This document shows, in pieces, positions 50,285-60,500 of a DNA stretch of 64,000 nucleotides. The DNA comes from Bacteroidota bacterium (GTDB taxonomy: Bacteria; Bacteroidota; Bacteroidia; Bacteroidales; JAAYUG01): assembly GCA_029571215.1 (NCBI GenBank), contig JAKPTE010000036.1, positions 22,302-86,301 on the forward strand, in the 5' to 3' direction. Numbering within the stretch: the first letter of the stretch is position 1; each line of letters starts with the position of its first letter. Made by a program: the position numbers and the translations under genes. Below the pieces are notes generated by a model that saw only the letters and a program-made list of their open reading frames with translations, ran no database searches and was not told the origin of the DNA.

Positions 50285-50701
50285 TTATGCTTCTCTGATT
50301 TTTTTCAGCAGAAAATCTTTTGATTTTACCCCTACAAACCGTTCAACCTCCCTGCCGTTCTTGAACAGGATCATGGTGGGAATACCCCGAATTTTGAAGG
50401 CAGCAGCAGTATCCCTGTTTTTATCCACATCCAGCTTGCCAATGACAGCAGTGCCGTCGAGCGTGTCAGCCAGTTCATTCAATACCGGGGCCATTGCACG
50501 GCATGGTGCACACCAGGCAGCCCAGAAATCGACAAGTATCTTGCCATTCTTTATCTGATGTTTAAAATTCCGGTCATCAAGAATTTTTATTTTTTCATTC
50601 GAAGGCACCAGGGGTATATTTTTCATTCTCCGGAGTGAAAGGAGAATATAGAAAACCAGCAGAACAACAAATACTATAATAAAAAGAAGTGTCTTACTCA
50701 T
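50285..50701 (-). CDS. Membrane-anchored thioredoxin
   Basis: N-terminal TM helix LLFIIVFVVLLVFYILLSL followed by a thioredoxin fold with WCAPC. Confidence 0.85.
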   Translation of the reverse strand: MSKTLLFIIVFVVLLVFYILLSLRRMKNIPLVPSNEKIKILDDRNFKHQIKNGKILVDFWAAWCAPCRAMAPVLNELADTLDGTAVIGKLDVDKNRDTAAAFKIRGIPTMILFKNGREVERFVGVKSKDFLLKKIREA

Positions 50702-50711
50702 AGATCATGCC

Positions 50712-51680
50712 TTAATTGATTTTTACTGCTTCAGCCTGTTTTTGCTGACGAAAGGTATAAACATATTGTGCTGCTGCCAGGGCGGCCACTGTTCCGTCAC
50801 CTACGGCAGTGGTAATCTGTCTGAACCGCTTGGCTACAGCATCTCCTGCTGCGAAAACCCCATTGATACCGGTTTCCATATTGGCATTTACAAGAATTTC
50901 ACCGTATTCGTTCAAATTCAGCTTGCCACGAAGAAACTCAGTATTGGGAACATATCCTATAAAAACGAATACACCGTCAATTGGCATATTATGGAGTTCG
51001 CCTGTTAAAAGATTTTTGATATCAACCGATTGCAGCTTTTCATTTCCATGAAATGCGGCAATGGTTGAACTGAGGATAAACCGGATGGAAGGATTGTTTC
51101 TGGCTTCCTCAATGGCATATTCGAAAGCCTGAAAATGATCGAACTGATGAACAATCGTTACCCTGGAAGCATATTTTGTAAGTGACACCGCCTCTTCCAG
51201 AGCAGAATTCCCTCCACCAACCACGATGATCTCCTTCCCGGTAAAGAAATCTCCATCACAGGTTGCACAATAGGAAATACCTTTCCCCCTGAAGGTTTCT
51301 TCTCCCGGAACACCTAACTGGCGGGGACGACCTCCGGGTGCAAGAATAATGGCCGATGCACTGTATTCCCGGCCGTCAGAAAGACGGACCATTTTAACAG
51401 GCCCTTCCAGCATCAATTCCCTCAGGGAAGCATTACCAACTATATCGCAACCAAAGGACCTGGCCTGTTTTTTCATTATGCCTGACAGCTGATAACCGCT
51501 TGTTGTTTCCACGCCGGGATAATTGGCAATTTCATGTGTCAGCACCATCTGGCCCCCGACGGTTCCTTCATTGATGATTAATGTTCTGATGCGGGCACGG
51601 GAAAGGTAAATGCCTGCCGTTAATCCGGCAGGCCCAGCTCCCAGTACAATTACATCATAATGAATATCAGATTTCATCAT
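50712..51680 (-). CDS. trxB: Thioredoxin-disulfide reductase
   Basis: YDVIVLGAGPAGLTAG FAD motif, redox CATCDG, and the NADPH motif VVGGGNSALEEA. The ATG at 51680 (MMKSD) is chosen; the upstream 51 codons of the ORF overlap the preceding gene. Confidence 0.93.
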   Translation of the reverse strand: MMKSDIHYDVIVLGAGPAGLTAGIYLSRARIRTLIINEGTVGGQMVLTHEIANYPGVETTSGYQLSGIMKKQARSFGCDIVGNASLRELMLEGPVKMVRLSDGREYSASAIILAPGGRPRQLGVPGEETFRGKGISYCATCDGDFFTGKEIIVVGGGNSALEEAVSLTKYASRVTIVHQFDHFQAFEYAIEEARNNPSIRFILSSTIAAFHGNEKLQSVDIKNLLTGELHNMPIDGVFVFIGYVPNTEFLRGKLNLNEYGEILVNANMETGINGVFAAGDAVAKRFRQITTAVGDGTVAALAAAQYVYTFRQQKQAEAVKIN

Positions 51681-51694
51681 AGTAAAGGACTCTT

Positions 51695-52051
51695 TTATGC
51701 AGTAACCGGCACTCCAAATTCCTGGTTCAAAATGCTTTTTACCTGATCCATCGTCTGTATGCTCGAAGTAGCCTTTACTATTTTCCCGTTTTTGTAATAA
51801 ACGGTAAAAGGGAGACCCATAAACCCTCTGCATTCAGGAGCTTCCCTGATAACACGGGCATCCGGATTGTCAAATTCCATATCATAGAATTTAACATGCG
51901 GATATTGGGGTTCCAGTTCTTCCATAATTTCATAAACCGGAATACACATTGGACCCATACGGCCACAGCAGATCATTACATTTTCATTTTCGCTGATTAC
52001 TTTCTGGTGTTCAGCAGCACTCTCAATGTGATTTAAATTGGTGTACAACAT
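51695..52051 (-). CDS. Thioredoxin-fold protein with an atypical cysteine motif
   Basis: 118 aa with a Trx-like layout and a cis-Pro region (GLPFTVYYKNGK). Where WCGPC is expected, the sequence reads MICCGRMGPMC. Confidence 0.65.
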   Translation of the reverse strand: MLYTNLNHIESAAEHQKVISENENVMICCGRMGPMCIPVYEIMEELEPQYPHVKFYDMEFDNPDARVIREAPECRGFMGLPFTVYYKNGKIVKATSSIQTMDQVKSILNQEFGVPVTA

Positions 52052-52068
52052 ATTGATAAAGATTTAAA

Positions 52069-52491
52069 TTATTCGGTAACCTGTATTTCATAAGTCAGCT
52101 CCATAGCTTTCCTGTAAGCAGCCGAAACCCCGCAGTAACGGTCCTGCGAAAGTTCAACTGCCTTCTTCAGTTTTTCCATATCCAGGTTTTTTCCCTGAAA
52201 CTTGTAGATAATGTGCATTTTAATATAATGTTTCGGATGTTCTTCCGTGCTCTCGGCAACTACTTCAATAGAAAATTTATCGGGCTCGGAGCGCATTTTT
52301 TTCAGTATGGAAACCACGTCCATTCCGGTACACCCTGCCAGTGAAGCGAGCATCAGTTCTTTGGGCCGCGGACCAGAATCCTCTCCGCCCACAGCTTCTG
52401 AAGCATCCATCACCACATGGTGTCCGCTCACGAGGGCATCAAATTTCATGTTTCCCAGCCAGGTAGTTTCTTGTTTTACTTGCATATTCAT
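52069..52491 (-). CDS. OsmC/Ohr-family peroxiredoxin-like protein
   Basis: 140 aa with two conserved Cys contexts (LASLAGCTGMD and SQDRYCGVS). Confidence 0.86.
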   Translation of the reverse strand: MNMQVKQETTWLGNMKFDALVSGHHVVMDASEAVGGEDSGPRPKELMLASLAGCTGMDVVSILKKMRSEPDKFSIEVVAESTEEHPKHYIKMHIIYKFQGKNLDMEKLKKAVELSQDRYCGVSAAYRKAMELTYEIQVTE

Positions 52492-52507
52492 TTATTTTTT
52501 GAGGTTA

Positions 52508-52515
52508 CAAAAGTA
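52508..52515 (-). promoter_or_regulatory. Candidate -7 promoter box (TActTTTG) for the OsmC-Trx-TrxB-Trx operon
   Basis: The plus strand reads caaaagta, 16 nt upstream of the ATG at 52491. Confidence 0.4.
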
Positions 52516-52566
52516 TGTTGTTTCAATCTTGCATTACCTGATTCATAACTCCTATCCGATCATCTT

Positions 52567-52580
52567 TTGATTGATATTAA
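52567..52580. promoter_or_regulatory. Candidate Crp/Fnr-type binding site (TTGAT-N4-ATTAA)
   Basis: ttgattgatattaa matches the TTGAT-N4-ATCAA consensus at 9 of 10 positions. It lies in the 139-bp divergent intergenic region. Confidence 0.3.
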
Positions 52581-52604
52581 ACAATTGTTTTATTGATTTA
52601 GTTC

Positions 52605-52612
52605 TACCTTTG
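52605..52612 (+). promoter_or_regulatory. Candidate -7 promoter box (TAccTTTG) for the Crp/Fnr regulator gene
   Basis: tacctttg lies 18 nt upstream of the ATG at 52631. Confidence 0.4.
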
Positions 52613-52630
52613 CTATGAAAAACATACCGA

Positions 52631-53326
52631 ATGAAAGCACTTTCCGAAACGGACAAGGAATACATCTGCGAAATACAAGCTCCCTGTTTTCAGGATCTCA
52701 GTTATGAGGAAGCTGCCCTGATCAGAGCAGGAAAAACCCAGATTCTTTTTCACCGAGGCGAAAATTTGACAAAACAGGGTTTTTTCGCCTCATCCGTTCT
52801 ATTTCTTATCAGTGGTTATGCAAAGCTTTATATAGAAGGGAATAACGACCGGAACCTTAACCTGTCTATTCTGGTTCCGGGTGATTTTGCCGGGATTTCA
52901 GCCATATTCGGGCTGAATAAATTCCCCTATTCCATCACTGCACTCTGTGACACACAAGTGCTGCTGATTGAATCAAATATTCTTGAGAAGGTGCTAAGAA
53001 AAAATCCTGCCTTTGGCTATCAAATAAGTTCACGGAACTGTTCATTTGATTCTCATCTGCGCGATAGCCTTTATTCTTTAGCTTTCCTTCAGATGAACGG
53101 CAGAGTTGCTTCGGTATTACTTTATCTGGATGGCATTGTAAGCGAAGGACATAACGTATTTCCCCTGCTTTCCAGAAAGGATATTGCTGAATTTGCGGGT
53201 CTCTCAACGGAAAGTACCGTAAAGATTCTCAAATCGTTTGAAAAAGACGGTCTTATTAAACTTCATGACAAGAACATAGAGGTTCTTGATCCGGAAAAAT
53301 TAAAGAATATCAGCAGGTTGGGATAA
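52631..53326 (+). CDS. Crp/Fnr-family transcriptional regulator
   Basis: N-terminal cNMP-binding-like beta-roll and a C-terminal helix-turn-helix (SRKDIAEFAGLSTESTVKILKSFEKDGLI). There is no N-terminal FNR-type Cys cluster. Confidence 0.87.
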   Translation: MKALSETDKEYICEIQAPCFQDLSYEEAALIRAGKTQILFHRGENLTKQGFFASSVLFLISGYAKLYIEGNNDRNLNLSILVPGDFAGISAIFGLNKFPYSITALCDTQVLLIESNILEKVLRKNPAFGYQISSRNCSFDSHLRDSLYSLAFLQMNGRVASVLLYLDGIVSEGHNVFPLLSRKDIAEFAGLSTESTVKILKSFEKDGLIKLHDKNIEVLDPEKLKNISRLG

Positions 53327-53498
53327 TGTGTGTTTGAATTTTTCTTTAAGCGGGAAGGCTTTCTGCAAGCTGCCCTCATCAACAATTGACCATTGGCTTT
53401 ACCGCTGATCGCTCCTTATTTTTGCTATTTTGCTGAATATTTTTCGCTATTGGACCTTCGGCAGGTAAAGGGCGTTTGTGTTAACTCCTAATATTAAA

Positions 53499-53528
53499 AC
53501 AGGCCCGTAACTTTAACCGCGGGCCTGT
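53499..53528. terminator. Hairpin between convergent genes (probable terminator)
   Basis: 9-bp GC-rich stem acaggcccg/cgggcctgt with a 12-nt loop and short T/A runs on both sides. Confidence 0.45.
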
Positions 53529-53634
53529 AATTTATTAGGCAATTCACGTTAACTGATTAAATGCTCCTTCACTTTTACCGTAAAGGTTGCATGGCTGAAG
53601 AAAGGAAAAAGATTACAGGTACCTCCCATAGGGT

Positions 53635-55737
53635 CTATTTCCCCTGCGAGAGCTCATTTGTCAGCCTTTTCGCCTTATATATGTATTTCAGTGCATTATA
53701 AATTGCCAGAGAATTTACTCCAACTGCCCGGTTCTTTTCGTCAACATAAATGAATCTTCCGGGCAGACTCTCCATATTCCCGTCAAAGACAAGACCTACA
53801 ACTTCCCTGTTTCGGTTGATCATCGGACTTCCAGAATTTCCTCCTATGATATCATTGGTCGTTACGAAATCCAAGCCAGTGCGCAACAGCTCCTGTGGCG
53901 GATTCTTCCAGCGTTCGGGCAAATTCCATGGTTCCTTGCCATTAAAAGAATAATACCGGTCATAAAGACCGTAAAAGGTTGTTTTATATGGCGCAATTGT
54001 TCCATTGTATTCATACCCCTTTACCACACCGTCGTTGATGCGCAAACTAAAGGTTGCATCAGGTGGAATGCGGGTGCCATATAGATCAAACAACATTCTT
54101 CCCAATTTGCTGCGGTTGGACGACAGACGATCCTGAACCGATTGATAATCGCCCACAATACTGAAATACCGGTCGACCTGCATCTGGGCAATTGCGTATA
54201 AAGGATCCGTTGCAGCTGTTTCGGGAAGGCTGTCATTTAATAATTGGGAACGATAAACAGCACTACCCAGGGATGTGCTGGCGAGAAGCCATCTTGCTGC
54301 TTCGGCAGGAGTGCGGTTCTGAAGAGCCTGCTGCACCAGCGGATCATCGGTACCCAGAGTAGCTTTTAACGAAGTAAGATAAAAGGCAAGGAGGCGTTCT
54401 TCTACCTCCGGGGAAGAAGGATTTGTAAAAGCTACCAGCCTTTGTTTCATCATGCCGGCCCTTCTGTCGCCGGATTTCTGATATTGTTTCATTTGCGCTA
54501 CATTGTTGGCAAATGAAAGATACTGTCCTGCAAGAAAAGGACCTGGATTCATCATGTTCAGCGTCATAAACAGCGAAGGAAGCTTCTCATTATCGGCAGC
54601 AATGGCATCCCAAACATTCAGTTGGGATGCAAGGTCAGGTCGAGCAGCAACATCTTCCCTGAATTTCTTCTCAAAGGCAGCTTTTCTTGCCATCAAATAT
54701 GGATCCTTCAAACCGTCCAGCTCGCCCCGCAAGGCTTTGTAACTGTTCTCCAAACCAAAAATAATATTTTGAATGCTGTCTTTTCTCACTTTGGCATTGT
54801 ACTCCTGAAGAATGAGAGAAACGCTTTTCAGAAAAGAAACCTGAAACGGCAAATAAACATCCCTGCGAAATTTCAGATCGGCCATGGTGGATAACCGAAG
54901 CGTTGAACCCGGATTTCCAACCACGAAAACCGGTTCTCCGTCCTGAACGCCCTGAAGATTGAATTTATAATAGTCCTTGGTTTTCAATGGCTTTCCGGAA
55001 TCATCATACACTCTAAAAAAACTCACATCAAGGCAATATCTCGGATAGGTAAAATTGTCATAATCACCACCGAAAAATCCAAGAGGTAACTCAGGAATAA
55101 AAACAAGGCGTACATCCCGGTAACGCTTAAATCCATATAGGGAGTACTTTCCTCCATTATAGAAAGTAATTAACTGCAATTCCAGCCCTTTCCATTCGTC
55201 GCGGTTCCCATAATCAGCCCTGATTTTTTCAAATTCTTTCTGAGCGATGGCGGCAGGGCTTGCTCCCGTTGTATCGGCTTTTACGGCTGCCTGAATCTGA
55301 CTGGTAATGTCTTCTATTTTTACCAGCTGATCAACAAAAAGCCCGTCCACTTTTCGTTCATCGGTGATTCTTGAAGCAAAGAACCCATTGGCAGTGAGAT
55401 TTTCTCCGGGCTTCTGAACAGAAAGCTCCGTGCCCCGGGCACAATGGTGATTGGTCATTACAAGCCCATTCTCCGAAACAAAAGATGCCGAACACCCCCG
55501 TCCAAAACGAAGGGCAGCCATCCGCACCCCACGAAACCATTCATCATCAGCAGTAAAATGATAGGTAGAGGTAAAATAGTCACTGGGTGGATAATCAAAT
55601 GTCCACATTTTGCCCATATCGTATATACCGGCCGTAACGGTATCGGTAAGGAAATCGGTCTGGGCTGCCAAACGGTTTCCCAGACTGAATGTCGCTAGAA
55701 ACAGGCCCAACAAAAGAATTCGGAAAATTTTGCTCAT
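53635..55737 (-). CDS. Peptidase S46 family dipeptidyl-peptidase (DPP7/DPP11-like)
   Basis: Signal peptide, MVMTNHHCA (His), and the catalytic Ser motif IGGNSGSPMINRNREVVGLVFDGN; 700 aa. Confidence 0.92.
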   Translation of the reverse strand: MSKIFRILLLGLFLATFSLGNRLAAQTDFLTDTVTAGIYDMGKMWTFDYPPSDYFTSTYHFTADDEWFRGVRMAALRFGRGCSASFVSENGLVMTNHHCARGTELSVQKPGENLTANGFFASRITDERKVDGLFVDQLVKIEDITSQIQAAVKADTTGASPAAIAQKEFEKIRADYGNRDEWKGLELQLITFYNGGKYSLYGFKRYRDVRLVFIPELPLGFFGGDYDNFTYPRYCLDVSFFRVYDDSGKPLKTKDYYKFNLQGVQDGEPVFVVGNPGSTLRLSTMADLKFRRDVYLPFQVSFLKSVSLILQEYNAKVRKDSIQNIIFGLENSYKALRGELDGLKDPYLMARKAAFEKKFREDVAARPDLASQLNVWDAIAADNEKLPSLFMTLNMMNPGPFLAGQYLSFANNVAQMKQYQKSGDRRAGMMKQRLVAFTNPSSPEVEERLLAFYLTSLKATLGTDDPLVQQALQNRTPAEAARWLLASTSLGSAVYRSQLLNDSLPETAATDPLYAIAQMQVDRYFSIVGDYQSVQDRLSSNRSKLGRMLFDLYGTRIPPDATFSLRINDGVVKGYEYNGTIAPYKTTFYGLYDRYYSFNGKEPWNLPERWKNPPQELLRTGLDFVTTNDIIGGNSGSPMINRNREVVGLVFDGNMESLPGRFIYVDEKNRAVGVNSLAIYNALKYIYKAKRLTNELSQGK

Positions 55738-55809
55738 TGGAAAAGGATTTTAAAATTTAACGAAAATACCATTTTAAGAAAGAAGTAAAATATGATGTAA
55801 AGCATTCTC

Positions 55810-56982
55810 TCAGGTATATTCAAATATTCCGGTTTCGGATGCAATAGTTACTTTATTCGCAGTAGAGGCCTCGCAATGTCCTACAATAGTTGCCTCAAGG
55901 CGAAAAGAATTGGCAATCGCAATTATATCAGAAGCAATATCAGGAGGCACATATAGCTCAAAACGATGACCCATATTGTAAACCATATACATTTCACGCC
56001 AGCTGGTTTCCGATTGCTCCTGAATTATACGGAATAGCGGGGGAACCGGAAACAGGTTATCCTTGATGACATGAATTCCCTTCAGAAAATGGAGCACTTT
56101 AGTCTGCCCTCCCCCGGAACAATGAACCATTCCATGTATCTTTCCCCGGTGGCGTGCAAGAATTTCCATTACCACAGGAACATAGGTCCGTGTGGGCGAT
56201 AAAACCAGTTTGCCCGCATCCAATCCAAGCTCCGCAATCCTGTCAGTAAGCCGATATCTTCCCGAATAGACGAGATCAGCAGGTACAGCATTATCAAAAC
56301 TTTCAGGATATTTTTCGGCCAGGTAATGGGCAAAAACGTCATGCCGGGCAGAGGTAAGTCCATTGCTCCCCATTCCTCCGTTGTATTCTTTTTCATAGCT
56401 TGTCTGTCCGAAGGAAGCAAGTCCCACAACAACGTCTCCTTCTTGTATAGCATCATTGCTGATAACATCGGCACGCCGCATCCGGCATACAACAGTGGAA
56501 TCCACAATAATAGTGCGCACCAGATCGCCCACATCCGCCGTTTCACCACCAGCACTATAGATGGGAAAACCAAAACTCCGCATCTCTTCCAGAACTTCTT
56601 CCGTACCGTTGATGATTGCAGAAATAACTTCGCCGGGTATCAGGTTTTTGTTACGACCTATTGTCGAAGAAAGGATCACCGGACCGGTTGCACCCACACA
56701 TAACAAATCATCGGTATTCATAACAATGGCATCACGGGCAATCCCTTTCCATACAGACATATCGCCCGTTTCTTTCCAGTACACATAGGCCAGAGAAGAT
56801 TTCGTCCCCGCACCATCGGCATGCATCACCAGGCAATATTCCGGATCTCCCGTTAGAAAATCAGGCAATATTTTGCAGAATGCTCCCGGAAAAATCCCTT
56901 TTTCCAGACTGCTGACTGCCTTATGCACATCTTCCTTTGCTGCAGATACCCCACGACGTTTGTACCGTGAATCAGAATTCAT
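55810..56982 (-). CDS. purM: Phosphoribosylformylglycinamidine cyclo-ligase (AIR synthase, long Bacteroidota form)
   Basis: RYKRRGVSAAKEDVHKAV, DGAGTKS, and the AIR synthase N- and C-terminal domain layout; 390 aa. Confidence 0.82.
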   Translation of the reverse strand: MNSDSRYKRRGVSAAKEDVHKAVSSLEKGIFPGAFCKILPDFLTGDPEYCLVMHADGAGTKSSLAYVYWKETGDMSVWKGIARDAIVMNTDDLLCVGATGPVILSSTIGRNKNLIPGEVISAIINGTEEVLEEMRSFGFPIYSAGGETADVGDLVRTIIVDSTVVCRMRRADVISNDAIQEGDVVVGLASFGQTSYEKEYNGGMGSNGLTSARHDVFAHYLAEKYPESFDNAVPADLVYSGRYRLTDRIAELGLDAGKLVLSPTRTYVPVVMEILARHRGKIHGMVHCSGGGQTKVLHFLKGIHVIKDNLFPVPPLFRIIQEQSETSWREMYMVYNMGHRFELYVPPDIASDIIAIANSFRLEATIVGHCEASTANKVTIASETGIFEYT

Positions 56983-57002
56983 ATGGTAATCCTTTTATCT
57001 GC

Positions 57003-57010
57003 CAAAGGTA
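57003..57010 (-). promoter_or_regulatory. Candidate -7 promoter box (TAccTTTG) for purM
   Basis: The plus strand reads caaaggta, 20 nt upstream of the ATG at 56982. Confidence 0.4.
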
Positions 57011-57254
57011 AGATGCCTAAAGAAAGAAACAAAGATTTCCAGACGTTTGTCTGTTCATTTTTATGTCGGGCAAGTCACGTGACTCCCTTGTTTAACAGCC
57101 TCCCCAAAAAACGGAATAACCATACCCTCTTTCAGCTTCGGCTTATCAACAAAAAATGTATTTTCATCTCTTCCCCAATGCAGTTAATGAAAAAATTGCA
57201 ACTAGGAAAAGCAACATTTCGTAAACTACACAAACCCTAAAACAAACATTTATC

Positions 57255-57428
57255 ATGAAGAACAAGGCTGAACGGGCAGAAGTATATACGCTGGACGGGA
57301 AAAAGGTTTGCGTTTTTGCTGATTGCAACAGGCTGGATTTGTCGAAATTATCGAAAGACGTTTACATAATCAGGTACATGGACAAATGCGGCAATACCCT
57401 GCAACAGGAAAAAATCGTTCTCCGATAG
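57255..57428 (+). pseudogene. Orphan fragment resembling the last ~50 aa of a T9SS C-terminal sorting domain
   Basis: 57-codon ORF MKNKAERAEVYTLDGKKVCVFADCNRLDLSKLSKDVYIIRYMDKCGNTLQQEKIVLR. It matches the v.vy.l.G+.v......l.ls.L..GvYi.r pattern. The upstream PNPa part and any cargo are absent (in-frame stop at 57222-57224). Confidence 0.4.
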
Positions 57429-57505
57429 CGTCAGAATAACTTTTCTTTCCCCGTTTGAAAGATGCATTTAAATAACCATTTTCGCACAATTCAGAGGAAT
57501 TTCAA

Positions 57506-60500
57506 TTACAGCTGGATTCCAAGGAAAAGCACATCATCTATCTGGGGTTGATCGCCTTTCCAGAGATCAAAAGTGCTTTTGATATGCTGGTATTGCTCCG
57601 TCATTGGTTTCTGATGAATATCTTTCAAAAGGTTTCTGAGCCGGGCAATTTTGAATTTCTTACCCAACGGACCGCCAAACTGATCGGTATAACCATCCGA
57701 AAACATATAAATCAGATCGCCTTTCGACATAGCATACACTCTGTCTTCAAAGACCTTGTCTTCATGGCTAATTATAGTACCTCCAACGGAATTCCTGCTT
57801 CCGGGTATGTACATCTGTTCTCCGTTGACGTAGAGAATTACCGGGCGCATGGCAGAAGCAATTCTGACGACATAGGTTTCCAGATTGATGTCACACAGAA
57901 TCAGATCCATTCCGTCATTTGACCTTTCCGCCTCTATGTTCTGATTCAGGCGACGATGGATTTCATGATCAAGCAAGGCCAGCATTTCAGAAGGAGATTC
58001 CAGATCGCTGCGGTAGCATATATCCTTAATAAGGGTGGTGCCCATCACCGACATAAATCCTCCGGGAACACCATGACCCGTGCTGTCGGCGCATATCAGC
58101 AAGAACCGGTTATCTTTGAGTCTATCAAACCAGTAGAAGTCTCCGCTCACAATATCACGGGGACGGTAAAATAAGAAATATCCGGTAAAGTACTGACTCA
58201 ACTGTGAGGCGGAAGGCAGCATACTTTGCTGTATGCGTTGGGCATACTCAATACTTTGAATAATTTCCTTGTTTTTCTGTTCAATCTCCTCTTTTTTCTG
58301 TATCACTTCGCGCGTACGCTCGGCAAGCTGTGTTTCTAGCCTCTTATTAAACTCATTCAGTTGCTGTTCACGATAATACATTATTCCATATACCGCAAGC
58401 GCAGTTGATGCCAGCATTACTAAAAGGAACCACCATTGCTTCCAGAGTGGAAGCCGGACATCAATGGTAAAGAATGAATCTGTTTCACTGCAGTCTCCCT
58501 GGTCGTTACAGGCAATAAGCCCGAATGAATATTTGCCGTCCCTCAGATTGTTATAATTAACGAAACGATTTCCTCCGGCATCAGTCCATTCGGGATCAAA
58601 TCCGTTCAAACGATACCGGTAAAATACCCTCTCCGGGGAACGAAAATTCAGCCCAATAAATTCAATGCGGACACGATGTGTACCATAGGGCAGAACAATC
58701 CTTCCGGTCGGGTCGTATTCTTTATCATCAATTCGTAACGAAACGATATTCAAAACCGGAGCGATGTTCGTTCTCTTTTCCTTGTTCAGATTATACCCCA
58801 CAAGACCTTCCGTCGTACCTATCCACATCATTCCGCCCGGATCAGAAACAAGTGCATTTGGGTTGCAATCTGCGGTAAATCCATATGCTTTGTCAAACAC
58901 CTTTACCGACTTTTTTACGGGATCAATCCGGCTGATGCTCATCCTGTGCCCGAGCCAAATTTCACCATCCCGGTCGGAAGCCACTCCGTAAACATAATTC
59001 GAACCTAATCCGGTAGTGGTATTAACCTGAAACAGGGTATCAGGAAGGAAACACAGAACCCCCTGCCCCAGGGTTCCCGCCCAGTAGTTGCCATTAGTAT
59101 CCTGCGCAATGGCTGAAAATTCAATCAGGGCAGAAATTCCTTCCGAACGATAGGTATGTTCACTCAGATTAAAAATTCCTTTACTGGCGCAGGCAAGCCA
59201 TACCTTTTCATTTCTGTCGATAAATACCGACTGGATAATATTATACGGCAGACCGTCCGACATGGTCAACAAGACAAAAGTATTCCGGTTCAGATCCACA
59301 ATCACGAGTCCCCCATTGGTTGCAATAAATATGCTGTCACCTTTTCCGTTTATATGATTGATAACATTCTCAACTGCATTCCCCGAGAACCAAACCCGGC
59401 GGAAAGAAGCTGCATTAATATCGAACAGGTAACAACCACTTTCAGCAGTGCCAACCCAAACAATCCCTCTCCTGTCAGTAAACATGGTTGTTATTCTGTC
59501 GGCAGGGAGGCCTTTCGTTCCTGCCGGTATAAAAAGCCTATTCACCAGGGTATTTTTATTCAACACCAGAATTCCCTTTGGACCTGCCAGAAGAAGCTCA
59601 GTACCCCGCAGGGTAACGGCAGTAATACTTTTCCCGGTAAAGTCTGAAAAATCATAAAACTGAAGTGCTTCATCTGCAAAAGATACAACGCCACTCCCGT
59701 AGGTTGCCATCCATATCTGACCTTCTCTGTCCTGAAAAAACGAACGGATGAAGTTGACCGGTAATCCATTTGATGTATTGAAATGCCTTACACCGGAATA
59801 TTTTCCGGATTCTTGGTTCCAGAGAATTTCTACAACCCCTTCTCCGGCAGCTGCAACCCAGATATTATGCTCCGTATCTTCAAAGACAGAGGTTATGCTC
59901 TGTTGATTAATGCCAAAGCTTTTCCCAAAATCACTTACCTTGAAAGAATTTCCACCGGCGGGATCAGCTTCAATCTGCAATAGCCCGTTATCGTCAGTTG
60001 CGGCAAGAATAGTCTGGGACGTTTGCAACTGTATGAGCTTATTTACATGGGTTTCAGGAAAATTTTCAATTTTTCCTCTCTGTTCCGGGCAACGGGAATT
60101 GCCAGATGGTGTAAATAGATAAATCCCGTCGTTGGCAGCAATCAGCAAATTGTTATTAGTGGTATAAAGTGCCGAAGTCAGTATTCTACCTGGCAAAACA
60201 GAATCACAACGTATTACCTGCCCGTTTTCAGTGACACCGAAAATACCGTTTTGTTGGGTTACAACCCATTTGATTCCTGTTTTGTCAGCTAAGATTTCTG
60301 TTATCTGGGAGGTTACTCCGGAAGGCAGATTGATCCGCCGGCTGTTTTTCCCGTCCCAAACAAAAACCAGTCCGTTGCTCATACCGAACCAAAGATTTCC
60401 TCTGTCATCATTAAAGATTCGAGTGGAGTAGGCTTTGAGTTCTTCTTTCTGGAAACGTATCGGAACAAAGGCAAAACCATCGTACCGGTATACATCCTCT

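Noticed and set aside
51681-51833. A 51-codon N-terminal extension of the trxB ORF.
   Set aside because: It overlaps the 3' end of the upstream thioredoxin-fold gene. The FAD-binding motif begins right after the internal MMKSD start at 51680.
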